Made by a program: the position numbers and the translations under genes | The notes under the pieces: model-generated | The model's input: the letters and a program-made list of their open reading frames with translations, nothing else | What the model was told of the DNA's origin: nothing | Database searches by the model: none | Source of the DNA: a virus | Taxonomy: Duplodnaviria > Caudoviricetes | Reading direction: 5' to 3' (one strand) | Length of the DNA: 53,769 nucleotides | Virus record (IMG/VR): IMGVR_UViG_3300021197_002023 | Location: 1 to 53,769 of that record | Shown: positions 16,949 through 25,513 of the stretch, piece by piece | How positions within the stretch are numbered: the first letter of the stretch is position 1 | Layout: each line of letters opens with the position of its first letter

Positions 16949-18046
16949 ATGAAAAAAGTATCTGTTATTGGAATCGGAAGATTGGGAATATGTTTTTCTT
17001 TGACCTTGGAAAAGTGCGGCTATGATGTATTGGGAGTAGATATTAACGAAGAATATGTTAAATCTATCAATAGTAAGACATTGGAAAGTGATGAACAAGG
17101 AGTTGTTGAGCACCTAAACAAATCAAAAAACTTTAGAGCCACAACAGACATCAAAGAGGCGTTAGATTATTCCGATGTCCTATATGTTGTTGTTGCGACC
17201 CCTTCACTACCAGACGGAAAATATGACCATTCACAAGTTGATGGTGTTGTAGAAAAGTTGCTTACTTATGGAAATCAATTAAAAAAACACTTCATTATAT
17301 GCTGCACCACGATGCCCGGATACTCCGACACTGTTGCTGAAAAGATGAGCAATTTTGGCTATACTGTGTCATATAATCCTGAATTCATTGCACAAGGCAC
17401 AGTGCTGAGAGATCAAGCGTCACCTGATATGGTTCTGATTGGCGAAGGATCAAAAGAAGCTGGCGACATAATGCAGGAAATGTATGAGAAAATGACTATT
17501 AACTCTCCAAGAATACATAGGATGAGTAGGACTGAAGCGGAGATAACCAAAATCGGATTAAATTGTTTTTTGACAACAAAAATATCTTATGCTAATATGG
17601 TAGGCGATATTGTTTTGCGAGCAGGGGGAGATCCATCTGTGGTGCTTTCAGCCATCGGCGCTGACAGCAGAATTGGCAATAAGTATTTGGGGTATGGATA
17701 TGGCTACGGTGGTCCATGTTTCCCCAGAGATAATAGGGCTCTGGCTATTTTCGCGAAAGACTTAGAGATTGATGCACTTATAAGCCTAGCATCTGATAAT
17801 AGCAACGAAAAGCACCTAGAGTACCAACTGGACTATTACGAGCAAAATAACGACAAAAGTAAGCAAATTTGTTTTAGCACAGTGACCTATAAGCCAGAAT
17901 CAACAATGATTGTGGAATCGCAACAACTAGCGTATGCTGTTGGGTTGGCTAAAAGAGGCTTTGATGTTCTGGTAAAAGAAAGACAAGTTGTGATTGATCA
18001 AGTTAAAAGCATTTACGGCGATTTATTAAAATATGAGGTAGTATGA
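16949..18046 (+). CDS. ugd: UDP-glucose/GDP-mannose dehydrogenase family
   Basis: GIGRLG, VATPS, YNPEFIAQG, KISYAN, GYGGPCFPRD with catalytic Cys; ATG 16949 follows GGAG. Confidence 0.88.
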   Translation: MKKVSVIGIGRLGICFSLTLEKCGYDVLGVDINEEYVKSINSKTLESDEQGVVEHLNKSKNFRATTDIKEALDYSDVLYVVVATPSLPDGKYDHSQVDGVVEKLLTYGNQLKKHFIICCTTMPGYSDTVAEKMSNFGYTVSYNPEFIAQGTVLRDQASPDMVLIGEGSKEAGDIMQEMYEKMTINSPRIHRMSRTEAEITKIGLNCFLTTKISYANMVGDIVLRAGGDPSVVLSAIGADSRIGNKYLGYGYGYGGPCFPRDNRALAIFAKDLEIDALISLASDNSNEKHLEYQLDYYEQNNDKSKQICFSTVTYKPESTMIVESQQLAYAVGLAKRGFDVLVKERQVVIDQVKSIYGDLLKYEVV

Positions 18047-18960
18047 AATATATTGTAACAGGCGGATCTGGAATGGTTGGCAGACACCTTAAGGAAGTGA
18101 TGCCAAATTTAATTTATATGTCTAGCAAAGACTGCGACTTAACAGATCTTAAGTCTGTTGAGGCATATTTTAAGAGAGAAAAGCCACACGGAGTTATTCA
18201 TCTGGCTGCTAAAGTGGGGGGCATTCTACAGAATATGAGTTCTCCCGCTGTTTTCTATGATAAAAACATACAGATCAATTCAAATACCTTAATCGCTGCC
18301 AGAAATATCGGTGTACAGAGATTTCTTGCTGTATTAAGCACTTGTATGTATCCTGATGTCGCTGATCAATATCCAATGACAGAAGAAGATGTACACAAGG
18401 GTCCACCCGCGCAAGCGAATTTTAGTTATGCATACACTAAGCGATGCATGGCAGTGCAAATTGATGCCTATAATAAACAATATGGTTTAAAATACAACTA
18501 TGTGATCCCATGCAATTTGTATGGGGAGAATGATAATTTTGAAGATTCAAATAAGAGCCATTTTATAACTGCATTAATTAAAAAGATAATTGAATCTGAA
18601 CAAAGGGGAGAAAATAAAATTTCTTTGTTTGGAAGTGGAAAGCCAATGAGACAATTCATGCACTCTTCAGATCTAGCGAATGTAATTAAAAAGATGATTG
18701 AAGAAGATATTACAGATAGTTTTAATATTGCGCCACCAAACCAGAATTATTCTATTCACGAAATGGCTACTATGACTCTAGAAGCTCTTGGAAAAGATGA
18801 TTGGGCTATCGAATATGATAGTGAAAAGCCAGATGGTCAGTTCAGAAAAGATGTAAGTTCTGAAAAAATGATGCATTGCTTAGGTGAATATGACTTCATA
18901 GAGTTTAAAAGCGGCGTTGAAAGGGTGTATAATGCTATTAAAGAAGCACATGGAGTCTAA
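18043..18960 (+). CDS. GDP-L-fucose synthase / GDP-L-colitose synthase (Fcl/ColC family)
   Basis: TGGSGMVG, HLAAKVGGI, LSTCMYP, YAYTK, PCNLYG, SHFITALI, KPDGQ. Confidence 0.9.
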   Translation: MKYIVTGGSGMVGRHLKEVMPNLIYMSSKDCDLTDLKSVEAYFKREKPHGVIHLAAKVGGILQNMSSPAVFYDKNIQINSNTLIAARNIGVQRFLAVLSTCMYPDVADQYPMTEEDVHKGPPAQANFSYAYTKRCMAVQIDAYNKQYGLKYNYVIPCNLYGENDNFEDSNKSHFITALIKKIIESEQRGENKISLFGSGKPMRQFMHSSDLANVIKKMIEEDITDSFNIAPPNQNYSIHEMATMTLEALGKDDWAIEYDSEKPDGQFRKDVSSEKMMHCLGEYDFIEFKSGVERVYNAIKEAHGV

Positions 18961-18961
18961 A

Positions 18962-20113
18962 ATGTTCTGGCCTTTAATGAAAAATTGTATTACCGAGGAA
19001 GATAAAAAGTCAATGATAGACTTTATTTCAAGTACAGATAGGTTTACAAATGGTCCTAAAGTTAGAGAGTTTGAAGCGTCTTGGTCTGAATGGTTGGGAT
19101 GTAAGTATTCTCTCTTTGTTTCTTCTGGAAGCACAGCGAATCTTCTTTTGGTTGCTGCGATAAAAGAAAAATACAATTTAAAAAGTGGAGACAAAGTTCT
19201 CTTACCGGCGATGACTTGGGTTACAAATGTTTCTCCAATTATACAACTTGGATTAGAGCCTGTATTTTGCGATGTCGACTCCGACAATTTTGGGTTTGAT
19301 ATTAAGCATTTACAATATCTCAAGGATAAAAATCCAGACATTAAATTAGCGTTTGTTACGCACCTATTTGGAATTGCCGCAGACATCGATGAATATAAAA
19401 AGATAATGCCTGATACAATATTTATTGAAGATGTATGTGAGTCTCATGGTGCGACATATAAGGGCAAGAAGGCTGGCACGTTAAGTGAGGGGTCTACATT
19501 TAGTTTCTACTTTGGTCACCATATGACTACTATTGAGGGCGGGTTTGTCTGCACAGACGATGAGGAACTCTACAGCCTGATGAAGATGAAAAGAAGTCAC
19601 GGCATGGCTAGAGAGGCATCACCACAAAAGTTTGAACAGTATAAGAAGGATTACCCAGATGTACATCCGCAGTTTCTTTTTGTGACGGACGGATACAATC
19701 TGAGAAGCATGGAGCTAAACGCTGTCCTAGGAATGTCTCAATTAAAAGGCTTGGATAGTGCTATAGAAAGAAGAAGGGAGATATACAAGAAGTTCTTGTC
19801 AATGTTGAGGGAAAGTGGTAATTTCCACGAACCCAATACCGAGGGTAACAGTAGTTTTTGTCTTCCATTTATATGCGAAACAGAAGAAGTTAAGCAAAAG
19901 TTAGAGAGTTACTTGCAAAGTAATGGTGTCGAGACGCGCCCACTTTGTAGCGGCAATTTATTGAGGCAACCATTCTTAAAAAATTATAATATGGATATAG
20001 AATGGAGCCCAAATGTTGAGTATTTGCATAAAAACGGGTTTTTTATTGGCAACAATCATATGATAACAGATGAGGAAATTTTAAAACTAGAGGAACTTCT
20101 CCATGACTTTTAA
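18962..20113 (+). CDS. colD: GDP-4-keto-6-deoxy-D-mannose 3-dehydratase (ColD-like PLP enzyme)
   Basis: DegT fold (SSGSTANL, EDVCESHGA) with His at the catalytic Lys position (FSFYFGHHMTTIEGG); RSHG, GYNLR, ETRP; lacks the Cys cluster of E1/RfbH; ATG 18962 follows GGAG. Confidence 0.72.
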   Translation: MFWPLMKNCITEEDKKSMIDFISSTDRFTNGPKVREFEASWSEWLGCKYSLFVSSGSTANLLLVAAIKEKYNLKSGDKVLLPAMTWVTNVSPIIQLGLEPVFCDVDSDNFGFDIKHLQYLKDKNPDIKLAFVTHLFGIAADIDEYKKIMPDTIFIEDVCESHGATYKGKKAGTLSEGSTFSFYFGHHMTTIEGGFVCTDDEELYSLMKMKRSHGMAREASPQKFEQYKKDYPDVHPQFLFVTDGYNLRSMELNAVLGMSQLKGLDSAIERRREIYKKFLSMLRESGNFHEPNTEGNSSFCLPFICETEEVKQKLESYLQSNGVETRPLCSGNLLRQPFLKNYNMDIEWSPNVEYLHKNGFFIGNNHMITDEEILKLEELLHDF

Positions 20114-20387
20114 AGAATACTATAAATATTATTTAACGTTACACCAAAATAAATGGAATAGAAGGCTTCACGCTCTGGGGCAAATAACAACACTTCTGTT
20201 CATTGCCGTTGCCATTCAGGAGCAGCAGTGGTTTTTATTATTGTGGTCACCGTTCATCATCTACCCATTTGCTTGGTCAGGGCATTTCTTTTTTGAAAAG
20301 AATAAGCCAGCAGCTTGGTCAAAACCATTATGGGCGAAGGCATGTGATTGGTTAATGTTGAGAGATATTATTTTAAGGAAATTATAA
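20103..20387 (+). CDS. DUF962/Mpo1-like small membrane protein
   Basis: YLTLHQNKWNRRLH and FAWSGHFFFEKNKPA motifs. Confidence 0.8.
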   Translation: MTFKEYYKYYLTLHQNKWNRRLHALGQITTLLFIAVAIQEQQWFLLLWSPFIIYPFAWSGHFFFEKNKPAAWSKPLWAKACDWLMLRDIILRKL

Positions 20388-20388
20388 A

Positions 20389-21333
20389 ATGAGTAAAAAA
20401 ATATTTATTACAGGCGGCGGCGGCTATATTGGCTCTGCCTTAATACCAAAGTTGTTAGATAAGGGATACGAGGTCACTATATATGACTGCCTTTTCCACG
20501 GTGGCAATCACTTGCTACCATTCTTCAGAAATAAGAATTTTAATTTTATTCGAGGAGATATTAGAGATTATAAAAAGCTTAAAGATTCTGTCAAAGGTCA
20601 GGACATTGTTGTTCATCTGGCTGCACTTGTTGGCTTCCCTGCTTGCAGAATGAATCCAAAAGTAGCAAAAGATATTAATGTTCAGGGCACAAAGAATTTA
20701 ATAAAAGCTTGTGCAAATGAGTTTCAACCTATCTTTTATGGATCCACCGGGAGTAACTATGGAGTAGTAACTGATATTTGCACAGAAGAGACACCCCTCA
20801 AGCCCTTAAGTTTATACGGCGAGACAAAGACAGAGGCAGAGAGACTTCTCTTGGAGAGGGGAAACACTGTAGCCTACCGATTTGCCACAGCTTTTGGAAT
20901 TTCTCCAAGAATTAGATTTGATTTGTTGATTAATGATTTCGCAAATAAGTGTAAAAAAGATGGATATCTGGTTGTATATGAAAAGCATTTTATGAGAACT
21001 TTTATTCACGTTACCGACATTGCTAACTCTTTTGTTTTTGGAATAGAAAATATTGATAGAATGATTGATAATGTATATAACGTTGGAAGCGACTCAATGA
21101 ATTATAGCAAAGAGGCTGTCTGCAATAAGATAGCTGAAAAAACTGGTGCTTTCGTTCATTTTGAAGAAATCGGAGAAGATGCTGACAAGAGAAATTACGT
21201 TGTTAGTTATGATAAAATTAATAAACTGGGCTTTTCAACTACTGTCTCAATGGATGAGGGAATTGACGAGATTTGTTCTGTTTTGGATGTTATTGATACA
21301 CAAGAAAATTACACTAACGCAAAGTATTATTAA
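20389..21333 (+). CDS. NAD-dependent sugar epimerase/dehydratase (extended SDR)
   Basis: ITGGGGYIG, HLAALVG, YGETK (YxxxK), RFATAFG. Confidence 0.9.
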   Translation: MSKKIFITGGGGYIGSALIPKLLDKGYEVTIYDCLFHGGNHLLPFFRNKNFNFIRGDIRDYKKLKDSVKGQDIVVHLAALVGFPACRMNPKVAKDINVQGTKNLIKACANEFQPIFYGSTGSNYGVVTDICTEETPLKPLSLYGETKTEAERLLLERGNTVAYRFATAFGISPRIRFDLLINDFANKCKKDGYLVVYEKHFMRTFIHVTDIANSFVFGIENIDRMIDNVYNVGSDSMNYSKEAVCNKIAEKTGAFVHFEEIGEDADKRNYVVSYDKINKLGFSTTVSMDEGIDEICSVLDVIDTQENYTNAKYY

Positions 21334-21355
21334 AAGCGCAGGAGTCTTAAAATAA

Positions 21356-22312
21356 ATGAAATTAGTTGTAATTACAGGCTGTTTGGGGTTTATTGGCTCT
21401 CATGTCGTCAATAAGTGCCTAGGTATGGGCTGGAGAGTGTACGGCATTGATAGCGAAACATACGCAGCAAATCCTCAACTCATTAAGACGTTCAAGGCAC
21501 ACTACAAAAAGCATTTTACCTTCGTTAATTCGGATATTGCAGACCTTAAATCACTTCCAGATTGCGATTATGTCATTAATATTGCCGCCGAAACACACGT
21601 AGGCAACAGCATTATCGACAGCAAAGAGTTTCTTAGGTCAAATATCGATGGTGTGTACAATTTATTAGAATTAATTAGACAAAAGCCAGATAATGTCGAC
21701 CGCAGACCAATATTCTTCCATTTCAGCACTGATGAAGTCTATGGAGACATCGAAGATGGCGAGCACACAGAGGATGATTTAGTAAATCCAAGCAATCCTT
21801 ACTCTGCTTCTAAGGCAGCGGCTGATATGTTGGTAAAAGCTTGGTCTAGAACGTATGGATTGGAGTATATTATCTTGCGACCAACCAATAACTACGGATC
21901 TTATCAATATCCAGAGAAACTTATCCCACTTTCAGTCAAACTTTTACAGCGAGGTAAAAAGATTAGACTTCACGACGAAGGCTTGCCTACACGTAACTGG
22001 TTACACGCCGAAGACACGGCAAATGCGGTCACAAGTATCATAAATAGTGGAAAAACCAACGAAACTTACAACGTTGCCGGTGGCTTTGAACAACAGAACA
22101 GAGAGACAGTCAAGAAAGTCATTGAGGTCTTTCATGGACCAGAGGCAAATTGGGAAGATTATGTAGATCTTGGCTTTAAGAGAGAGGGTCAAGACGTAAG
22201 ATATGCCTTAAACGACGATAAACTACGTGCGTTAGGGTGGAAACCACAAAAAGTATTTAACGAAGAGATACAAAAAGTGGTACAATTCTATATAGATAAT
22301 TTTAAATGGTAG
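21356..22312 (+). CDS. rmlB: dTDP-glucose 4,6-dehydratase
   Basis: TGCLGFIG, TYA, AAETHV, STDEVYG, NPYSASKA, NNYGSYQYPEKLIP, DVRYA. Confidence 0.88.
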   Translation: MKLVVITGCLGFIGSHVVNKCLGMGWRVYGIDSETYAANPQLIKTFKAHYKKHFTFVNSDIADLKSLPDCDYVINIAAETHVGNSIIDSKEFLRSNIDGVYNLLELIRQKPDNVDRRPIFFHFSTDEVYGDIEDGEHTEDDLVNPSNPYSASKAAADMLVKAWSRTYGLEYIILRPTNNYGSYQYPEKLIPLSVKLLQRGKKIRLHDEGLPTRNWLHAEDTANAVTSIINSGKTNETYNVAGGFEQQNRETVKKVIEVFHGPEANWEDYVDLGFKREGQDVRYALNDDKLRALGWKPQKVFNEEIQKVVQFYIDNFKW

Positions 22313-22319
22313 GAGAACT

Positions 22320-22523
22320 ATGAAACTTTCAAAACAAGCAATGGGGTCACTTATGATGGCTCTTCAAAAGAGCCTTTTAGAACAAAGCGACATTACGGAA
22401 ACACTCGAAAAGATGGATTTTGTTCCGGCATCAGATGAGGACGGCACAGAAGCAGAGCTTTATGTAAAAAATCCACCTTTGGTCAAGTTTGGCAACGAAG
22501 ATACCGTTGAAGAAGGCGAATAA
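22320..22523 (+). CDS. Hypothetical protein (67 aa)
   Basis: AGGAG Shine-Dalgarno; stop overlaps the next start. Confidence 0.7.
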   Translation: MKLSKQAMGSLMMALQKSLLEQSDITETLEKMDFVPASDEDGTEAELYVKNPPLVKFGNEDTVEEGE

Positions 22524-22765
22524 TGCCAAGCTATGTGTACGAATGTTCTGATTGCAGGGATGTCACCGAAGTTTTTCACTCAATGAGCGAAGAAAGAACC
22601 GATTGCGAAACTTGCGGAGCAGAAAATACACTTAATAAAATACCAGAAGTACCGATTTATTTAAAAAAGAACGATGCTGGTAATATCGTTAAGCAACACA
22701 TTGAAGAAGCCAAGCAACAAGTCCGCGAGGACAAAGAAAGAATGACCAAGGATTACACAGATTGA
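22523..22765 (+). CDS. FmdB-family zinc-ribbon protein
   Basis: MPSYVYECSDC...CETCG. Confidence 0.85.
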   Translation: MPSYVYECSDCRDVTEVFHSMSEERTDCETCGAENTLNKIPEVPIYLKKNDAGNIVKQHIEEAKQQVREDKERMTKDYTD

Positions 22766-23064
22766 GTTTACTTATCTTTTCTTTAATAGCATCAGTATGT
22801 ATCAACCTGCTGTTGATCTGGTATATTAGAAAAATGTTACAAAAATTACTTTATGTCTCAGATAGTATAGGATCTTTGCTGGTTTCAGCCAAGGGCTTCT
22901 CTGACCACTTGGACGGACTACACGCTATGGAAATGTACTATGGAGATGAAACCCTTGGTGCTTTGATTAAACACGCGAAACAAGTCATAGAAGATATAAA
23001 AGATTTTGAGGATATCTACACTTTAACTAATGAAGGGTTAGAAGAAGATGAAGAGCAGGAATAA
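22762..23064 (+). CDS. Hypothetical protein with an N-terminal transmembrane helix
   Basis: LLIFSLIASVCINLLLIWYI hydrophobic stretch; TTG start overlaps the upstream stop. Confidence 0.7.
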   Translation: MSLLIFSLIASVCINLLLIWYIRKMLQKLLYVSDSIGSLLVSAKGFSDHLDGLHAMEMYYGDETLGALIKHAKQVIEDIKDFEDIYTLTNEGLEEDEEQE

Positions 23065-23747
23065 TGCCAAAAGCAAAAAAGAAAAACCTATACTTTACCA
23101 AAGACCACGAGAACGCAATAGTAGCCTATGCTAGAACCGATGATATTAAAGTTCGAACCGAGCTTTATGTCGACTGGATAGAGCCAGCATTTAACGAGAT
23201 GGTCGACAAGATTATCTACACTTACAAATTTACATCCCTCCCAAATATTGATGTTCTCAAGGATGAGTGCAAGATCTGGCTCACCACGATTTTGGATAAG
23301 TATGACCCTAACAAGGGTTCAAAAGCATTTTCATACTTTTCAGTTATTACAAAAAACTGGTTTATTCATAAGGTTAAAAAAACAACTCTAGAAAATAAAA
23401 GAGAAGTAAAATTCGATCAGATACCTAAAAATGTAGAAATTAGACAATTCACTGTTGTCAATGAGTACGAATCAAAGAGAATAGAGAAAGAATTCTGGAT
23501 GAACTTTTGGGAAGAAGTCAATTCTTGGGAAACTGGAAACATGAAGCCAAACGAGGAGAAGGTTTATGAGGCGATTAGGCTTATCTTCTCTAATCCAGAC
23601 CGCATAGATATTTTCAACAAAAAAGCAATCTACTTTTACATCCGAGAGATCACAGGTCTCAATACTAAGCAGGTTGTAAATAACTTAAATAAAATGCGTG
23701 TGAAGTATAGAGTATTTAAAAAGAAGTGGGACAAAGGCGATTTGTAA
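23064..23747 (+). CDS. Phage late-transcription sigma factor (T4 gp55-like)
   Basis: Region-2-like LDKYDPNKGSKAFSYFSVITKNWFI resembles the gp55 F.YF motif; N-terminal YFT; lies just before the structural genes. Confidence 0.65.
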   Translation: MPKAKKKNLYFTKDHENAIVAYARTDDIKVRTELYVDWIEPAFNEMVDKIIYTYKFTSLPNIDVLKDECKIWLTTILDKYDPNKGSKAFSYFSVITKNWFIHKVKKTTLENKREVKFDQIPKNVEIRQFTVVNEYESKRIEKEFWMNFWEEVNSWETGNMKPNEEKVYEAIRLIFSNPDRIDIFNKKAIYFYIREITGLNTKQVVNNLNKMRVKYRVFKKKWDKGDL

Positions 23748-23764
23748 TACTTTTTTGCTCTTCA

Positions 23765-23773
23765 ACTATTTAT
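23765..23773 (+). promoter_or_regulatory. Putative late promoter ACTATTTAT
   Basis: CTATTTA-TTTGTGTT-ATG with no Shine-Dalgarno; same architecture as the site at 49598. Confidence 0.5.
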
Positions 23774-23780
23774 TTGTGTT

Positions 23781-24071
23781 ATGAAAGACTTAGAAGCATA
23801 TATCGACGAAGCAATCAAAAACATAAGAAGTGATCGTGCCATCACGACAACCCTTCTGATGGAGCTAATGGAGTACATCAAGAAGGAAGACGGAAGGAAA
23901 GAAACTGTCGGCACAATTGCTGCTAAATATGTTGAAACACTCCAAAGATCAAATGAGCAATTAGTGAAGATTTCTACTCTTTTGCAAAAGAAAGCAGGGA
24001 CAGACCAAGGCTTAACTGACGAGGACAAAAGCGAACTGTTTGATCTTATAAAGGACTCAAGCAATGGTTAG
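23781..24071 (+). CDS. Hypothetical helical protein (96 aa)
   Basis: ORF at the head of the structural operon; no family recognised. Confidence 0.7.
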   Translation: MKDLEAYIDEAIKNIRSDRAITTTLLMELMEYIKKEDGRKETVGTIAAKYVETLQRSNEQLVKISTLLQKKAGTDQGLTDEDKSELFDLIKDSSNG

Positions 24072-25494
24072 TAGAATTAGAATTCTTGATATTGGTTATG
24101 GTGTTTTAAACCCGTCATTCAATAGCTATGCTAAAAATAATTATGATACTGAAGAAGCTGGTTTTTTTGATCTTGTTAAAAGAACTGTCGACAACTCAAT
24201 GGGATTCAATGAATTTGAAGGTCAGGGTCCACTAATTGGCATATGCTTAAGGGACGAGGGTGAAACAAATACAAATGGTATGATTGGTCCAACAGAGTGG
24301 TTCTCTTTGACAAGAACCGCTGCACAACAGGCTGGGGTAGATACCCCAGCCCTTGTTCAAATAAAAGTAAGAGTTCCTGAATTGCATGCTGCCATCCCGG
24401 TACCAGCAGATTTGCCAAATAGGCTTCAGGCAAGCGCTGATCATGCTATAATTAACATGTATCCAACTTTTACGGCTCAAACAGCAGGTATGGATATACC
24501 CGAACCGGGAACTTTAGTTTGGATAGATTTCCAAAATAGAGAAACACTTGAGGGTGGCATTTTCATTAAGCCGGTCGACCGGAATGCTGCTGCGCCTAGT
24601 ACCCTTCCAACACCCAGTGCCGCAGCATCCCATAGGGCTGGATCAAGGAGGGCTGTTGAAATTGAAGCTGGAACTACACCCGTCCCCATTCCGATACCCC
24701 TACCCCCACCATCAGGATCGGGTGACTGGACTAGTTTGGATTTAAGCAGCCAATCAGGTCCGGGGTATTATGTTAAATATACAACGTGGACCAGAATATC
24801 GGGCAAATCCCCAAGGCTAGCAGCAGCAGGCACTCGTGAATACACAAGTCCACTTTGGGGGCAGACTGATGTAATAGCTACAATACTGGAAATATGTGCC
24901 CGGTTTGCTTCTGTGTCCTCCCCCGGATTAGGTCCAGCAGGCAGACTTGTTCTAGGGGATATTTCTGGAAGATATGGTGGGTCCATGAGTCCCCACCATG
25001 GCTCACACCAAACAGGGGAAGATGTCGATATAGGAATGCCAGTTAACACTGTGTATGGAGTCGGTGCGCTAGCTACAAACTGGGCTAATGCCAGCAATTC
25101 CTCTACTGGGGCAACTGGAGGAGGGGGACAACGAATCGCAAGAAATAACGTGGCTGTTAGAGAAGCAGAGATTATGTTTGATGTCTTAAGACCGCTTTGT
25201 GACCCCGCAACAACTCCGCCCGGACTAGTGCCAATTGATTTTATACTTATATCTTCCGGAGTCGCAAGCAAACTATTTGTTACTGCGGGAGGAGAGGCGG
25301 GTCATCTTGATCCAATCTTATATCCTGCCCGTGCGGGTGGGTTAAGACGCGGAGACAGTAGATTTAATGGCAAAATTCTCATTGGACCTAATCATGATGA
25401 CCATATACATGTTAGATTTCAAACACCGTGGGGCATAACAACAGCCCCCGGTGGAGCAGCCATACCACCAAAGTCTGATGCATTCTGGGGTTAA
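24064..25494 (+). CDS. Baseplate hub-associated protein: gp5-like N-terminal domain, Pro-rich linker and MepA-type (M74) murein endopeptidase
   Basis: QIKVRVPELH...PEPGTLVWIDF resembles the gp5/VgrG OB fold; GDISGRYGG..HHGSHQTGEDVDI and HDDHIHVR match the MepA HxSHQTGxDVD and HxH motifs. Confidence 0.72.
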   Translation: MVSRIRILDIGYGVLNPSFNSYAKNNYDTEEAGFFDLVKRTVDNSMGFNEFEGQGPLIGICLRDEGETNTNGMIGPTEWFSLTRTAAQQAGVDTPALVQIKVRVPELHAAIPVPADLPNRLQASADHAIINMYPTFTAQTAGMDIPEPGTLVWIDFQNRETLEGGIFIKPVDRNAAAPSTLPTPSAAASHRAGSRRAVEIEAGTTPVPIPIPLPPPSGSGDWTSLDLSSQSGPGYYVKYTTWTRISGKSPRLAAAGTREYTSPLWGQTDVIATILEICARFASVSSPGLGPAGRLVLGDISGRYGGSMSPHHGSHQTGEDVDIGMPVNTVYGVGALATNWANASNSSTGATGGGGQRIARNNVAVREAEIMFDVLRPLCDPATTPPGLVPIDFILISSGVASKLFVTAGGEAGHLDPILYPARAGGLRRGDSRFNGKILIGPNHDDHIHVRFQTPWGITTAPGGAAIPPKSDAFWG

Positions 25495-25513
25495 TAAAGG
25501 AATTTTTTAAAAA

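Noticed and set aside
18962-20113. Perosamine synthase or E1/RfbH assignment
   Set aside because: His replaces the catalytic Lys, which argues against a plain aminotransferase, and the Fe-S Cys motif of E1 is absent
5153-22312. Cellular LPS/capsule locus, or a host-phage chimeric assembly
   Set aside because: Gene coupling is continuous into phage-type genes on both sides, the Pro-Gly codon signature is shared, and no flippase, polymerase or export genes are present
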